From: Phoronis australis
Lineage: Eukaryota; Animalia; Phoronida
Direction of reading: 5' to 3'
Length of the DNA stretch: 64,000 nt
Assembly (NCBI GenBank): GCA_002633005.1
Contig: NMRA01000098.1
Span: forward strand, 619,435-683,434
Below, in pieces: positions 26,354-38,600 of the stretch (position 1 is its first letter; every line of letters begins with the position of its first letter). The notes beneath the pieces were generated by a model. It had not been told where the DNA came from. It made no database searches and saw only the letters and a program-made list of their open reading frames with translations. The position numbers were made by a program, and so were the translations under genes.

Positions 26354-26779
26354 ACTCTCAAATGCTTTCATCGCGCAGTGTGAACGTGGTAATTATAAAC
26401 AAAAGTGTTTACAATAACTTCCTTGACTTTGCTGTTGTGGAAATTCTGATCGCCAATATGGTATCGTAATTTTGTGTTGTAACCCGTGCGGATTCAGCCA
26501 CTTTTTATGCTGAAGTCACTCGCGCTGTGTAACTTAAGAAAATAAAAAAATGAAATGTGCTGTAGGAACACTTTCAAGATTGATTCAATTTATTTATCGG
26601 AAGCGACAGCTTTTTGCATTCGCTTATGGCTGGTCACCTGTGTAAGAAGTTGTCAGCATACATTCTCATGCAAATTCCAAGTCGCAATCTATTGAGTGTT
26701 TATGCTTGAAAGTATACGTTTTGTAAACTGCATGCGATGAACACTGATCACCACAATCGCTCTGTGTTGTGTGTGGACC

Positions 26780-27092
26780 CAGTGGCGGATCTAGGATACC
26801 ATAAGGGAGGGGGGGGCCAGCATGTTGCCTCGGGGCCAGAATTGGGCAAAGCGCGATTGCACAGGCGGCCCGAAAGTTGTAGGGGGCCGGGGAAAATCTA
26901 TAGACTAAAAAAACGGGAACGCGAACCCGCCGCGATCTGGGTTCTGAGTCGCCCCCCCCCCCTTCTCCACTACCGGTCCTAGTTACTGAACTCAATATTT
27001 CCTCACGCTTCACGCTGTTGCTGCTTCATTTTGCTTGCGGCAGCCAAGGGGGGGGGGGGGTCCCTCTGCCCCCCCCCCTAAATCTGCCTATG
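26780..27092. mobile_element. hAT-type MITE (same family as 17765-18059)
   Basis: Termini CAGTGGCGGAT...ATCTGCCTATG. Flanks are TGGACC and TGGTCC. Confidence 0.85.
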
Positions 27093-29535
27093 TGGTCCAA
27101 CTTACGCATAGGACCGGACGAAGATTCAGACTACGCATACCCGAAGCAAAGGCGAATGCAAACGGTCGGAATTGTCGTCTGCGTGTGCCTTATCCTGTCA
27201 ACTGGCATGCGTTCCGTACAACCATGAAACTCGCGAAAACATAAGATTTCGCACGATATCGCCATGCATTACAAGCGAATCACGTGATCCAACTATCTTC
27301 ATTTCACTAGCAAAATCCTCGAGTCTAGAGAACGCAACCCTGAAGATCATTATTTAGACTTACTGGTCGCAAGTCTCCGTTTAGACTCCGCAAAACTGTC
27401 GTAAAGTTATGTCGTAATGAAACAGACCTCACAATACCTTCTTTAACCCAGGTTTATATTATTGTTTAACAATACATTTGACAAGTAGATATAATGTAAC
27501 AGATAGGTGGGTATAATTTGTTAGCATTTCACATCGTTTCAGTTACAGCCTCTTGTTCTTTTAAGGGCAAGTCAGCTTTGGACGATTTTCCCTCCAGATT
27601 AACGTAGTCCTGAGTAAATGCTCGCTTGTACTCCGTACTAAAATAAAATGATAGAATTACAAATACACACTCAATTTTAAGTGTTGATATTAATTAGTGT
27701 TCAATGTAACAATTAAGCTAGCACAGGCCAGTTAAACAAGACCAGCGTTGATTCATGACAACGGTTTTGCAGCTGACAAGCATCAAAGGCAATCTTCATT
27801 GGAAATATGTCAGTTTAATGAGAACATTGTAAACATTCGTTCAAATGATCCCTTTAAAATTCCCGTATTTTCGACAGCGCTGATACAGCCTAAACGGTGC
27901 ATGGCACTCAGGCGTAAGTGTCTGTCTAAAACCCCGTCCACACGATTGCGTTTTCACAAGAAGAACCATACTCATCCACTAAAACGACAAACCAAGTTGT
28001 AAATTTAAAACATTCTCCAGAGTACTCATTGCACTCGTTTGGACGCCGATGCAAAAACGCAACATTTCAAAATCATAGACGCCTGTCAGTGACAATGGCT
28101 GGTTCCTCGCCAAAACACTAGATGACTGCTGTCTCTAAAAAAGCCTAACTCAACCACTGTCACATTTTTGTTACAGGGGCGGAGCCTAGTGATAGTCGCG
28201 AGTTTAAATCCCATTGCACGAGAACATAATATCAAGCAGTGTAGCAGCCTCATCCTCAAGCCTCAAATGGCTAAACCGATCCACGCCATCTTGAGGCTTG
28301 GGGACGAGGCTTGGGGACGAGGCTGGGAGTGTAGTAGAATATTAAACTCCTTGATAATATCTAGGCGCGAGACAACACCGTAGATAAAAAGTTCAAGCAT
28401 ATATTCTGGGCAATGAGATGGCAATTTTACGTGTCAACAGTGCTGATTGACATGAAAGGCAATCAGGTTTTTCAAAACAGTCTCTAATTTCTTGAGGCTG
28501 TGGAAGTCTTGATTAAGGTGTTCTTGAAAACACAAAAAGTTGGGTTTTAGGTCATATTCGTGTAGAGGGAAAACAATGTGAAACGATCGAGGACAAAAAA
28601 TGAAAGAGCAGAATAACAACGCTATCGCGTGGACAGTGTCCAAAGCTAGCTTGACAGGCGTAAAATGACGCCGCAGTGTCAAATTCAAATCCGTTTTCCA
28701 GGCGAGTACAACTTGTGCCCGATCACAATGCGGAAGTGGACGGAAAAGCCGGGTCCTGCGGAACGGCATCAATTAGAAACTAATTACTTTAAAGCTGCTT
28801 TACTTGCGTTTTGCGAATAAGACTCTAAAATTCAAATGAAACCGAATTTATGGTATGTTACATATATGGTATACCAAGAAGTTCCCAAAGTCATGTCCCC
28901 TTGCATTTTCCAACAACAATCTCGGAACTTTTATTGGGTCCCCAAAAAACTTGAAACATTGCCAATCAATTGGATCGCATATCGAAAGGAGACTCTGGAC
29001 ATGAAACGAGCGTAAAAGTTGCCAAGGTTTTGTAGAATAGCTAAGTTCAATTAAAACCAACAAATTACTGATTATTTACAGTCAATCGTCATCAAAATGA
29101 AAACTACCACAGGTCATTTAGCTATAGTGTCAATTTGCTTCGTGTAAAAGGCACCCGACTGTGTCTCTACATCCTGCCTCTTATACAACGCTTGTATTAT
29201 AAACCCCTGTTCCGTCCAAGAACCACACTTTTCACTGACAACTTACCACCAAAATTTGTCTCAACTTATTCTTTGAGAAGATAAACAGTGATGTCTGGGT
29301 TTAGAAAGAACTGCTGACAGTATGTGAGTGCTCGACACTAGGCTCGTTACATGAAGTGACACGCCGTGACAAGCCTCAACTCGAGCACCAACACCAAACA
29401 TTCCGTTGGTTTGAAGCCCTGTAATCACCTCCAATTTGACTAAGGAACAATTTGAGACCAATTTCATGTGTTCTAAATCAGATTTTTTTTTGCAATGAAA
29501 GGCAGGTTTATTGCCGCCTTAACTGTCATACGTAC

Positions 29536-29675
29536 GTTCCGAAACTTTCACCATCAGTCAACGTTTCCGGTAGACGCATTCGGTTTGTTTCTGGTAACAG
29601 AACACCCAGAATACCAGCCACTAAGGGAAGCGACCCCATCAGGACGGAAGAGAAACCAAACCAAACATACTTGTC
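29536..29675 (-). CDS. SLC22 exon 9 (140 nt; an alternative donor lies 4 nt further)
   Basis: ctgtag|DKYVWFG...[21 protein letters not shown]|gtacgt. Confidence 0.9.
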
Positions 29676-32600
29676 CTACAGCGAGTAACACAATCTTCAT
29701 AGTCGGATGATGAACAAGAGCAACGCTGAGCGTTGAAATGCGCCCACGCCTTCACCGCAAAGGGTGTGCTTCTTAGGGGCGTTTATTAGTACGATAAAAA
29801 TGGTAATTAGACGGCACAGAATACATTAAACATTGTAAGGTGTCGTCTCTCAAAACTATTTGCCATACTTCATGAAAATATGTCTAAAAACTCTAAATAT
29901 ACAAAGACAAATGAAAAAAAAATGCCATGAGGAACCACAACAGTAGTCGATTCCGTCCATCTGTTGTCAAGTCAACAGGTGCAAATGCAAAGTTTCAACA
30001 GCATTTTGCAAGGGGTTTAGAAGATACAGCCGAAAATCCACGTAAGTCATGCTCTTGTTGGTTGAAACACATCTGCCAATTTCCATAATGACCCTCTGCG
30101 CGGTTTGGCAGATACAGAAGCAGACGTCAAAAACAGACTCAAAAGTAATTAAAATAGTCACAAGTTGGTGTAGAATACATGTACGTCGAATACATCACAG
30201 AATGAAAATGTGATGTCGTCTTCATACTAGAAACTTGTTTTCAAAATTTTCTGAAAACGTATCAAGGAACTCTGAACTTACAGAGACAAATGTAACAAGA
30301 GTAACGCGGAGATCATGAAAAGGAATGAAATGGCTTTAGTTGAAATGTAAAAAACATTTTGAACTAAAACCTTATTTCTGAAAGAGCAAATCGCTGTTAA
30401 TAATCCCTTTCATGAATTTTTGCTTTTTATGTTATAATTTTTGTTAAAACAGTATTCCGTCATTGACGGACAAAAATCATCTAAAAACGCAAACATGTAT
30501 AAGTTACTTTTCTCAATTTACAGAAACTTGGAACAAAGCAGAAGGGATACTTCCTTTTTAAGTAGTTATTTTTTATACTTTGAATGTTATTCCGGGAATA
30601 TGAAGCCTATAGACCCTTCATATTGTTTCTTACTAGATGTATAAGCTGAGGCGCGAGAAGGCTTCCCACTCTGGCGCATGTGGACCCCGTACCAAGGGCA
30701 ACGTTGCGAACCACAGTGGGGAATAACTCGGCGGTAAACACGTAGACTACAGCGAAAGCAGCGCTACTCCCAAACTTTCCGATGTTTGACAACACAACTA
30801 CATACGTCTGGAGTCCTGAAAAATGTGAAATCTCGCAGTCACACAATTCGCAAGACGTTGGAAAAAAATGAAATGTGCAATCTTCCGGCTTTGAACTTTT
30901 ATAGAATGATCAGCAACAAAAATATTTAAAAAGTGTTAAAATCGCTCAATAAACGAAGCAAACAAAAGTAGAAAATTGAGAAGCACTGCTAGGAAGAAAT
31001 AAAAGTTTATTTTACCTGGATTATTTAGCCCAGGTATTGAAGCTAGCAAAGAGATCCCGGCCAGAAAAGATGTTGCCAACAGAATCCATCGACGACCAAA
31101 CCGGTTGAGAACGAAACACACCATAATGCATGCTGGGATTTCCATCAAGGCGTTGATCACTGTGTTGACGTATACATTGCCACCGAGCGAGCCCGTGTTG
31201 TAGGACAAACCATAGTAGACAAAACTGCAAACAAACCTGGAAACCGCGAGCTGTTTACACAAAGAGTACGTCGAAAGAATGTGGCGTAATTGTCAAGCCA
31301 TTGTTGTAATCGTCAACGTCACTCGCTCACCGTGTTACCATCACCGCTTCCACCATCATCACCACCACCATCACCAAGACAATCACCACCCCCAACAATA
31401 TCACTACCATGATCACCACCAACACCACTACCACACCATCCTCACCAACACCATCGCCATTACCATCACCACAAAAATCAGTGCCATCACCACCACCACG
31501 ATCACCACCAACACTACTGCCACCACCACTACCACCACCATCATGATTACGACCACTACCAACACCGCAATCATCATGATCACAATCACCACCCCACCGC
31601 CATCATCAAGAGCATTATCATCATCATGAAGTTCGTGATCGTCATCACTATCACCATCCTTACCAACGTCATCACCACCACTCATCCGTATAACTATCAC
31701 CATCACCGTCGTCACGATCACTGGCCACCAGCGCAAACTTACTGTTGTTACGACATCACCAAGTCGGGCCATCACAATCGTTGATCACCATAAACCCAGT
31801 CATTTCCAAGTGAGCTGCGTCATGCTGCTATCATTACAATTTTATGCAATATGGTGATTTGGATATTATGGTCTTGTACATCTTCTGCACACGAAAACGT
31901 ATATACCGTATTCACGCAGTCGCCATTTTCAAAGTGAGCCACTTTTTAGGTTTTAAAAACAATGCATTTTGCGCTTAAATACAGCGCAAGGCACGATTGT
32001 TTTCGCATAACTCGTTATATTCATGTCTCAAATGCATTGTTTTTTAATTATAAGAAGAAGCTCACTACTAAAATGGCGATTGCTTGAATAGTCTATGTGA
32101 GTACTCGAATAACCTACCCTGGAAGCCAACAAAAGTTGTGACATTATGTGTGGCTATTACAAATCAGCGCGTTGATATGTTGTTAAGTAAGATTTATTAG
32201 TCTTCTCACACGTGACATGTCGCTCACATGATGTGATCAGTTAAGTCTGATAAGATCTCTGTCACTATCAACAGGGGCTTTCTACTTACCAAGGAGACGC
32301 TCTAGTCCACCGAGCTATCGGGATCAAATGTTGATTACAGAAATCCAATCGGACATACAGGAGGCATGTTACTCAAACTTGGAGTGCATATACATGTACA
32401 CAAGGAGAACACCAATTCTTACTTACATCATGCAGTTAAAAATATGTCCCCCTGGTGGATTATTGGAGAAATACGGTTGAAAAAGTTGGCGTGAACTCTG
32501 CCAAAATACTTAGTTACACCCCCTCCCCTCTTGGAGATATGAAGTAGCAGAATCAAGAGCTTGCGAGGGTCCGTAAAGTCACGTGGATACGTCGCTACGG

Positions 32601-35600
32601 GTAGTGTATTTCCCTTAAAAGTAGTTTTCTGACATGCTCGTCCAGTGACCAAGACAACCTTCTAAACAGTATTTTCGTTAATCCTGCGTTTCTATGATGA
32701 CACATACCAGCAAAACGACATTATTAGCAATCGTGTCCTCATTCGTGGACGGCCAAGGATGTTCAGCAACGTTGCTCTTTCGTTATGTTCGATGTCGTAC
32801 TTTTCCTGAAATAGTTCAAAATCGACAGTGTACTTTAGGACTCTGTTCAGTCAAACACAGTTCAGAGCAAAGGGACATGTTACCTCTCCATCTTCGCACA
32901 TATTTAATTTAATATTCCTACATGTAGGCGAATAGTACCACTCAGCACCATCTGATTAGGGTCACTTGGTGGTAGCATAGTCCCGCTCATCGTCATCCTT
33001 ATAAATATGAATACATTGTATGCTAATCAACACCTTTTTGCCGAAGTCAGAGCCACCACAATGAATGTTGTCCTCTTCATCGCTTGTCATCACCGTCGTT
33101 ACAATCCATCACCAGTATAGCAACCAGTTGTCAGTGGCATTGATGTATGCATGCAAGAAGGCTATTCTATATGAAACACAAAGCAATACACAATCCGTAC
33201 TCATGAAAAAGTGTGAGTGCTTCAGCTATTTATCGCATGACCGAATGAGCTGAAAAAGTTGCACAAAACAATGATGTCCGTGATGAAGTGAATCTAATGT
33301 GTGTCAGAATAAATATTGATTAAGTAATTAGTAAGAATAGATCCATTTTAAGTTGCCCAAAATTTGTGCATATGTACTTTTAAATCATGGGGTCAGACTT
33401 GTTGACATGTATTTTAACGTCAAAATCTATTTTTAGATGGTGTTTACAACTTTGGGTTCTGGGGTCAAAGTACTCTAGAGATTCTAGAATGTTCTGAGAA
33501 CAAATTGTAACAGCCAATAATACGAGTGGATATGATCATGTGGTTTTTATTAGCCAATCACTAAATAAGTAGAATGTTATATTATGGGCTGAAATCAGCA
33601 AGATAATCAGATGCGCTATAGTAGTTGAAGCGTAAGGACTTGCTACAGTGTACAGAAGCAGTTGTACGACAGAGCCATCTCGTGGAAGATTCTAGAAAGG
33701 CATCTTGGCAAGGGCAAGGGTTAACGAACCGGAAGTTAACTAAGAGCTTGTCACTTGCATTGTGGGTAGTAAGATACTACCTGAAGTGTTGCGTCATCAG
33801 CCAGAGACTGTGACCAGCAAGAAGAGTCGCGGGTAGAAGAAATTGCCTGCAAGTGTTGAATCACCAAAGACGGTGACCAGCAAGTACACTGTCGCTATAC
33901 AGTGTGTGTAGTTCGAAGATTCACCAACAGGACAGACATCCAACAAGTGGAGAGTCCTAGCTTGGATAGCAGATAAGACATTTGATCGTTTGGTTGTTTG
34001 ATTAAAGTAATCGTTAAAGAGGGCGCTAGCGTAGTTTCTCTTTGTAGTTGATTGCTTAATTAACAATAGGTTTCATTTGTCTAATTAGGGGTTATCATAT
34101 AATAAATTAATTACTGGATTTGATTATTCACTCTCCATCTACGCACAACTTTAAAGCATAGCTACCTTTTAAACAAACCCACACAGACAATCGTCTGACA
34201 ATGCGTTTTCGGCTTCTTGCAACATAAGCTCATTAGTGCACTTGATTTATTCCGACGGTTGATTGGTCTGTAAGCCGGAAGTCGTCATCCAGAACCAATC
34301 AAATGTCTTAGCCGGCTGGCCAGGGGAACCGGCGAAGTGAATCAAGTGCAGCCATAGTATTAGTCGAAGTCATCTGGTTACATAGCCTGCTAACAATTCT
34401 TGTCCGTTAAACGGTTGATTAGATTATTGATACAATTCAATACCTTTAAGACTGATTCATTAAGAGAACATTTTTTCTTTTTGCTATGTTACCTTTTTGT
34501 AAAACTTCTGCAGCTCTGTTGGGAATGGTTTGTTATTTCTTTTCGCTATGGTTCTCATTATAACTTCCGCTTCCGCTGGCCTATTTTCAGCGTAAAGCCA
34601 ACGAGGAGATTCAGGGACCAACCTGAAATCAATATCATAACCACAAAATCGGAATTACAGAGCGAGTGGATGAACACCAAATAGGTTTTACAGACAGTGG
34701 CAATTTTGTATCAGTCTCACAAAACACCCAAACAACAATAGTAGTGTGGACCAAGAGATTAGTGGAAATTGTATTAATTCACTATTGCAAGAAACTGGAT
34801 CAAAAACATTTACGCTTTGTAATGCGCTGCGTGGCCCAGGCCTACGTTACTTGTACAACTAATCGCCCAGTTCAAGCCTCCAGCGCATACTCGGTGCCGT
34901 GCAAGCTGAAAATACAGCAAGGTTCCTAATTGTACTGCCTTCCGAAAGTTCCGTTGACTAGCTGTGATGGGTGTCGATTCAATGCTGTACGTCTGTTACG
35001 AACTAACAACGCAGTACATGCGGATAGTGAGATTTTAAATGCATTGCCCTTACCCAGCGGAAGTTAACATGGAGTCATAGAATAGAATTATTTGTTTTAG
35101 TGAGGGGACCAATCTGTCCCCTTGTCAGTAAGGACCAGGCCTCGTTACTAAATTATTCGACATCCTTTCTAAGACTAATCATGAGCAAGAATAAATTGAA
35201 GCCGTCTAGTCTTATGTTATGGCACTAGTCGGTAGACGCGAGTGTAGTCCTCATATTTGAAGTGTAGTTAAAGATTCATGCTAGTGCAGCTCCATTAATA
35301 TCAAATTCATTCCCGGTGAAAGCGGGAAGCCTGTATTGAACTGACTGACAAGTTAACTCAGATACCTAGTTCTAGTTAACGATTTTGGCCTTTGATGCCT
35401 CGGAGTTTACAATTTGAACACCTCAAAGCCACTATACATCAAGTTCTCGTGTCAAATACGACCTTCTTCACGAGCGTACTTGTTCATGTAGAAAAGCGTA
35501 AAATGTTGCGTTTTTATCATTTACTTGAACTGAAATTGGTGACATTAAAATGACTGAATTTTCTGAGGCGGCCACGTTTCATGATGAATCGTCAATAACA

Positions 35601-38600
35601 AAGTCGCGGCCACTCTTACGAAAAGGCTGTGGTTTAAAATTATCTCACCAGATATAGCTTAGCAGAAAAACAGTAGGCATCGCCACCGCCAGTTGGAGGA
35701 AAAAATGATCCCTCACGAAGTAGGCAATTCCACACAGGATAGCAAAACCGGCGGCAAACCAACATGCGACCAGTGCACCCAAGTACATCCGGTATTTCAC
35801 ACCAGCTATTTCCATAACTGAAAGAACAAGAACAACGCAGGGCGTTGAAATGCGGCCACCAATGTATGGCGAAGGTGTGCTTCTAGGGGTGTTTATTTGG
35901 AACATAACAATGGCCTCTAAATGGCGCAAAATACGTCGAATACATCTGAAAACTGGTATGTGTCATCAAAGCTATTTACCAAATTTCATAGAAATCCGTC
36001 AAGGAACTTCTGAGAAACCGAGAAGAACGAAAAAAAAATGAAATTGCCACTAGGAGGCTACAGGTGCAAAAACATAACTGCCACTAAGCGGCGCCACAGT
36101 AGATGAAGTCGTAGGAAAATCCTCGTCAGACGTCCTCTTCACAGTAGAAACATTCATGCCAATTTCCAAAACGCTCCATAGAGTGGATTGGTTGACAGAG
36201 GGGCAGACGCCAAATAACAAGACTCGAAAACAGTAAAAAATGGCCATAGAGGCGCACAATACCACAAGCTAAAACAAAAACCGGAGGATAGCGTCAACTC
36301 ACAAATAGAAGCCTATCTGCCAAATTTTATGAAAATCGGCAAAGGACCTTTGAAGATACAAAGGTAAACGTAACAAACTAAAATTGCCACTAGGGGGCAC
36401 ACCAGTAGTCCGATCCGTCGGAAAGTCGTCGTCCTCTGTTGTCAACTTTATATAAATACACTAGCAAAGTTCAACAACGATCCTGTTGAGCGTTTAGGAG
36501 ATACAGCCATGAGCGCAAAAAACAAACAAAACTGCCACTAAGAGGCACAACATTAGTCCAAGTCGTCGGAAAATCATCGTCAGCAGCCCTCTTCACAGTA
36601 AGAACATATATGTCAATTTTCAAAATCATACCTAGTACAGCAGTTTGGTTGATGGAAGGGCGGACGCCAAAAACAGACTAGAAAACATTAAAAATGGCCA
36701 CTAGGTGGCGCAAAGTACTTCGAATCCGTCCGAAAACGGGAGGATAGCATCACCTCACTAATAGATGCCTAACTGCCAAATTTTATGAAAATCCGTTGAG
36801 GACCTCCGAAGATACAGAGGTAAGCGTAAAAAACTAAAATTGCCACTAGGGGTCACACCGGTAGTCGGAGAGGTACGAAACCCGTCGTCGTCCTTCGTCA
36901 GCTTCATAGAAACACATCTGCCAAATCTCACCAAGATCCTGTGAGTGGTATAGGATATACAGCTGCGGACGCCGGACCCCCGGACAGAGATGATAGCAAT
37001 ATGCGACCCGACATACAAATATGTGGGAGCATAAAAATCATTCTGCGCTCCGACCAGCTTCGGGGGTTTAAAAANNNNNNNNNNNNNNNNNNNNNNNNNN
37101 NNNNNNNNNNNNNNNNNNNNNNNNNNNNNNNNNNNNNNNNNNNNNNNNNNNNNNNNNNNNNNNNNNNNNNNNNNNNNNNNNNNNNNNNNNNNNNNNNNNN
37201 NNNNNNNNNNNNNNNNNNNNNNNNNNNNNNNNNNNNNNNNNNNNNNNNNNNNNNNNNNNNNNNNNNNNNNNNNNNNNNNNNNNNNNNNNNNNNNNNNNNN
37301 NNNNNNNNNNNNNNNNNNNNNNNNNNNNNNNNNNNNNNNNNNNNNNNNNNNNNNNNNNNNNNNNNNNNNNNNNNNNNNNNNNNNNNNNNNNNNNNNNNNN
37401 NNNNNNNNNNNNNNNNNNNNNNNNNNNNNNNNNNNNNNNNNNNGGGGGAGGGAAGATGGGGCGGAGCCAGGAGGGAAGGCGGGAAGGGGGGAGGGCGGGA
37501 GGGAAGGCAGAAGGGATCGGTGGATGGATGGAGGAAGGAGGGATGGAGGGGAAAGGGAGGGAAGGCGAGAAAAATATATTTGATTCAGAATAAAAGACAA
37601 GAGTAAATGGAAGGAAATAAACCACATATACAAACACAAAAATTTGCTGACGTGGCATTTTCACTTAAACAAGAACAAGCTCAATTCTGCGTTCAGATTG
37701 GTCTTACTTAAAACGAACGACACCGTTATACACCCTGCAGTCGCGTTGCCAGCGAGAAACCGCAGAATCACGAATGGCACATAGTGTCCGTACTGTGACG
37801 TCAGCGCTGCAGACAGGGACGAAAGAATTTGCAGGACTATCGACGCCAGTAGAGCCTTTTTACGACCATATCTAGAACAGTAGCATTGTTCACAGTTATG
37901 TTTTTTATTTATACAAATTATAGTTTGCTCTTTAATATACCTGAAATACCTGACAGTAAACGCATAAATGCGTGAAGGTAGGTTACATTTCTGTAATTTA
38001 GGAAATATTCTCGTTTTCATGTTTTTCGATTGATAGAATTCATTCTGTATTCCAAAGTGGGAAGTTATTCAAAGCCCCAAAAAACTTTCAAGGAATCATT
38101 TCCTAATCATAAATACTTACAGAACCAGACTGACTCCACATATTTCGTAACATGTTAACTCTTTCATTCAAATACTGTTTCAAAATTTCCATCTCTATGA
38201 TATATATGCGCGCACGCGCTCAAGGAAGTCGGACTGGGTGCAGCTTTTAAATCGCCATTGTTTTACATACAACAAAGCTCAAAGGTCACGTTTTCCATAT
38301 AAGGGAAATGTGCTTGGTCTATGCCTTGTTATACAGAATAAGCACTGACGTAGAAAAGAGCAAATATGTTTCAACATGAAAATAAGTTACGGAAGCAGAG
38401 AGGAGCTGGAACCACCGCAAACCAAAATTCAAATACATACAAAATAAACTGACAATGTCAAATATTGTTTCAATTGCAAACTCAGAGGTGTGATGTCCAT
38501 TTTGAAGATAATTCAAAAGCTGTTGGGAATTAAAAAAAATGATTTAATGACCAATACACTTACATGTCTGATATGGTCCCAAACGTAACAGCACCTGTCA

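Noticed and set aside
27720-29460. SLC22 terminal exon candidates (acceptors near 27853 and 28136 on the minus strand)
   Set aside because: No conserved motif to choose between them, so left unassigned.
31279-31775. His/Thr-rich and Val-rich ORFs
   Set aside because: Intronic (CAC/CAT)n repeat.
36040-37000. CRISPR-like regularly spaced repeats
   Set aside because: The intervening sequences are homologous to each other, no cas genes are present, and the context is a eukaryotic intron.
36758-37664. Longest ORFs in the track (198-293 aa)
   Set aside because: They run through the 370-N gap and low-complexity DNA, so they are artefacts.
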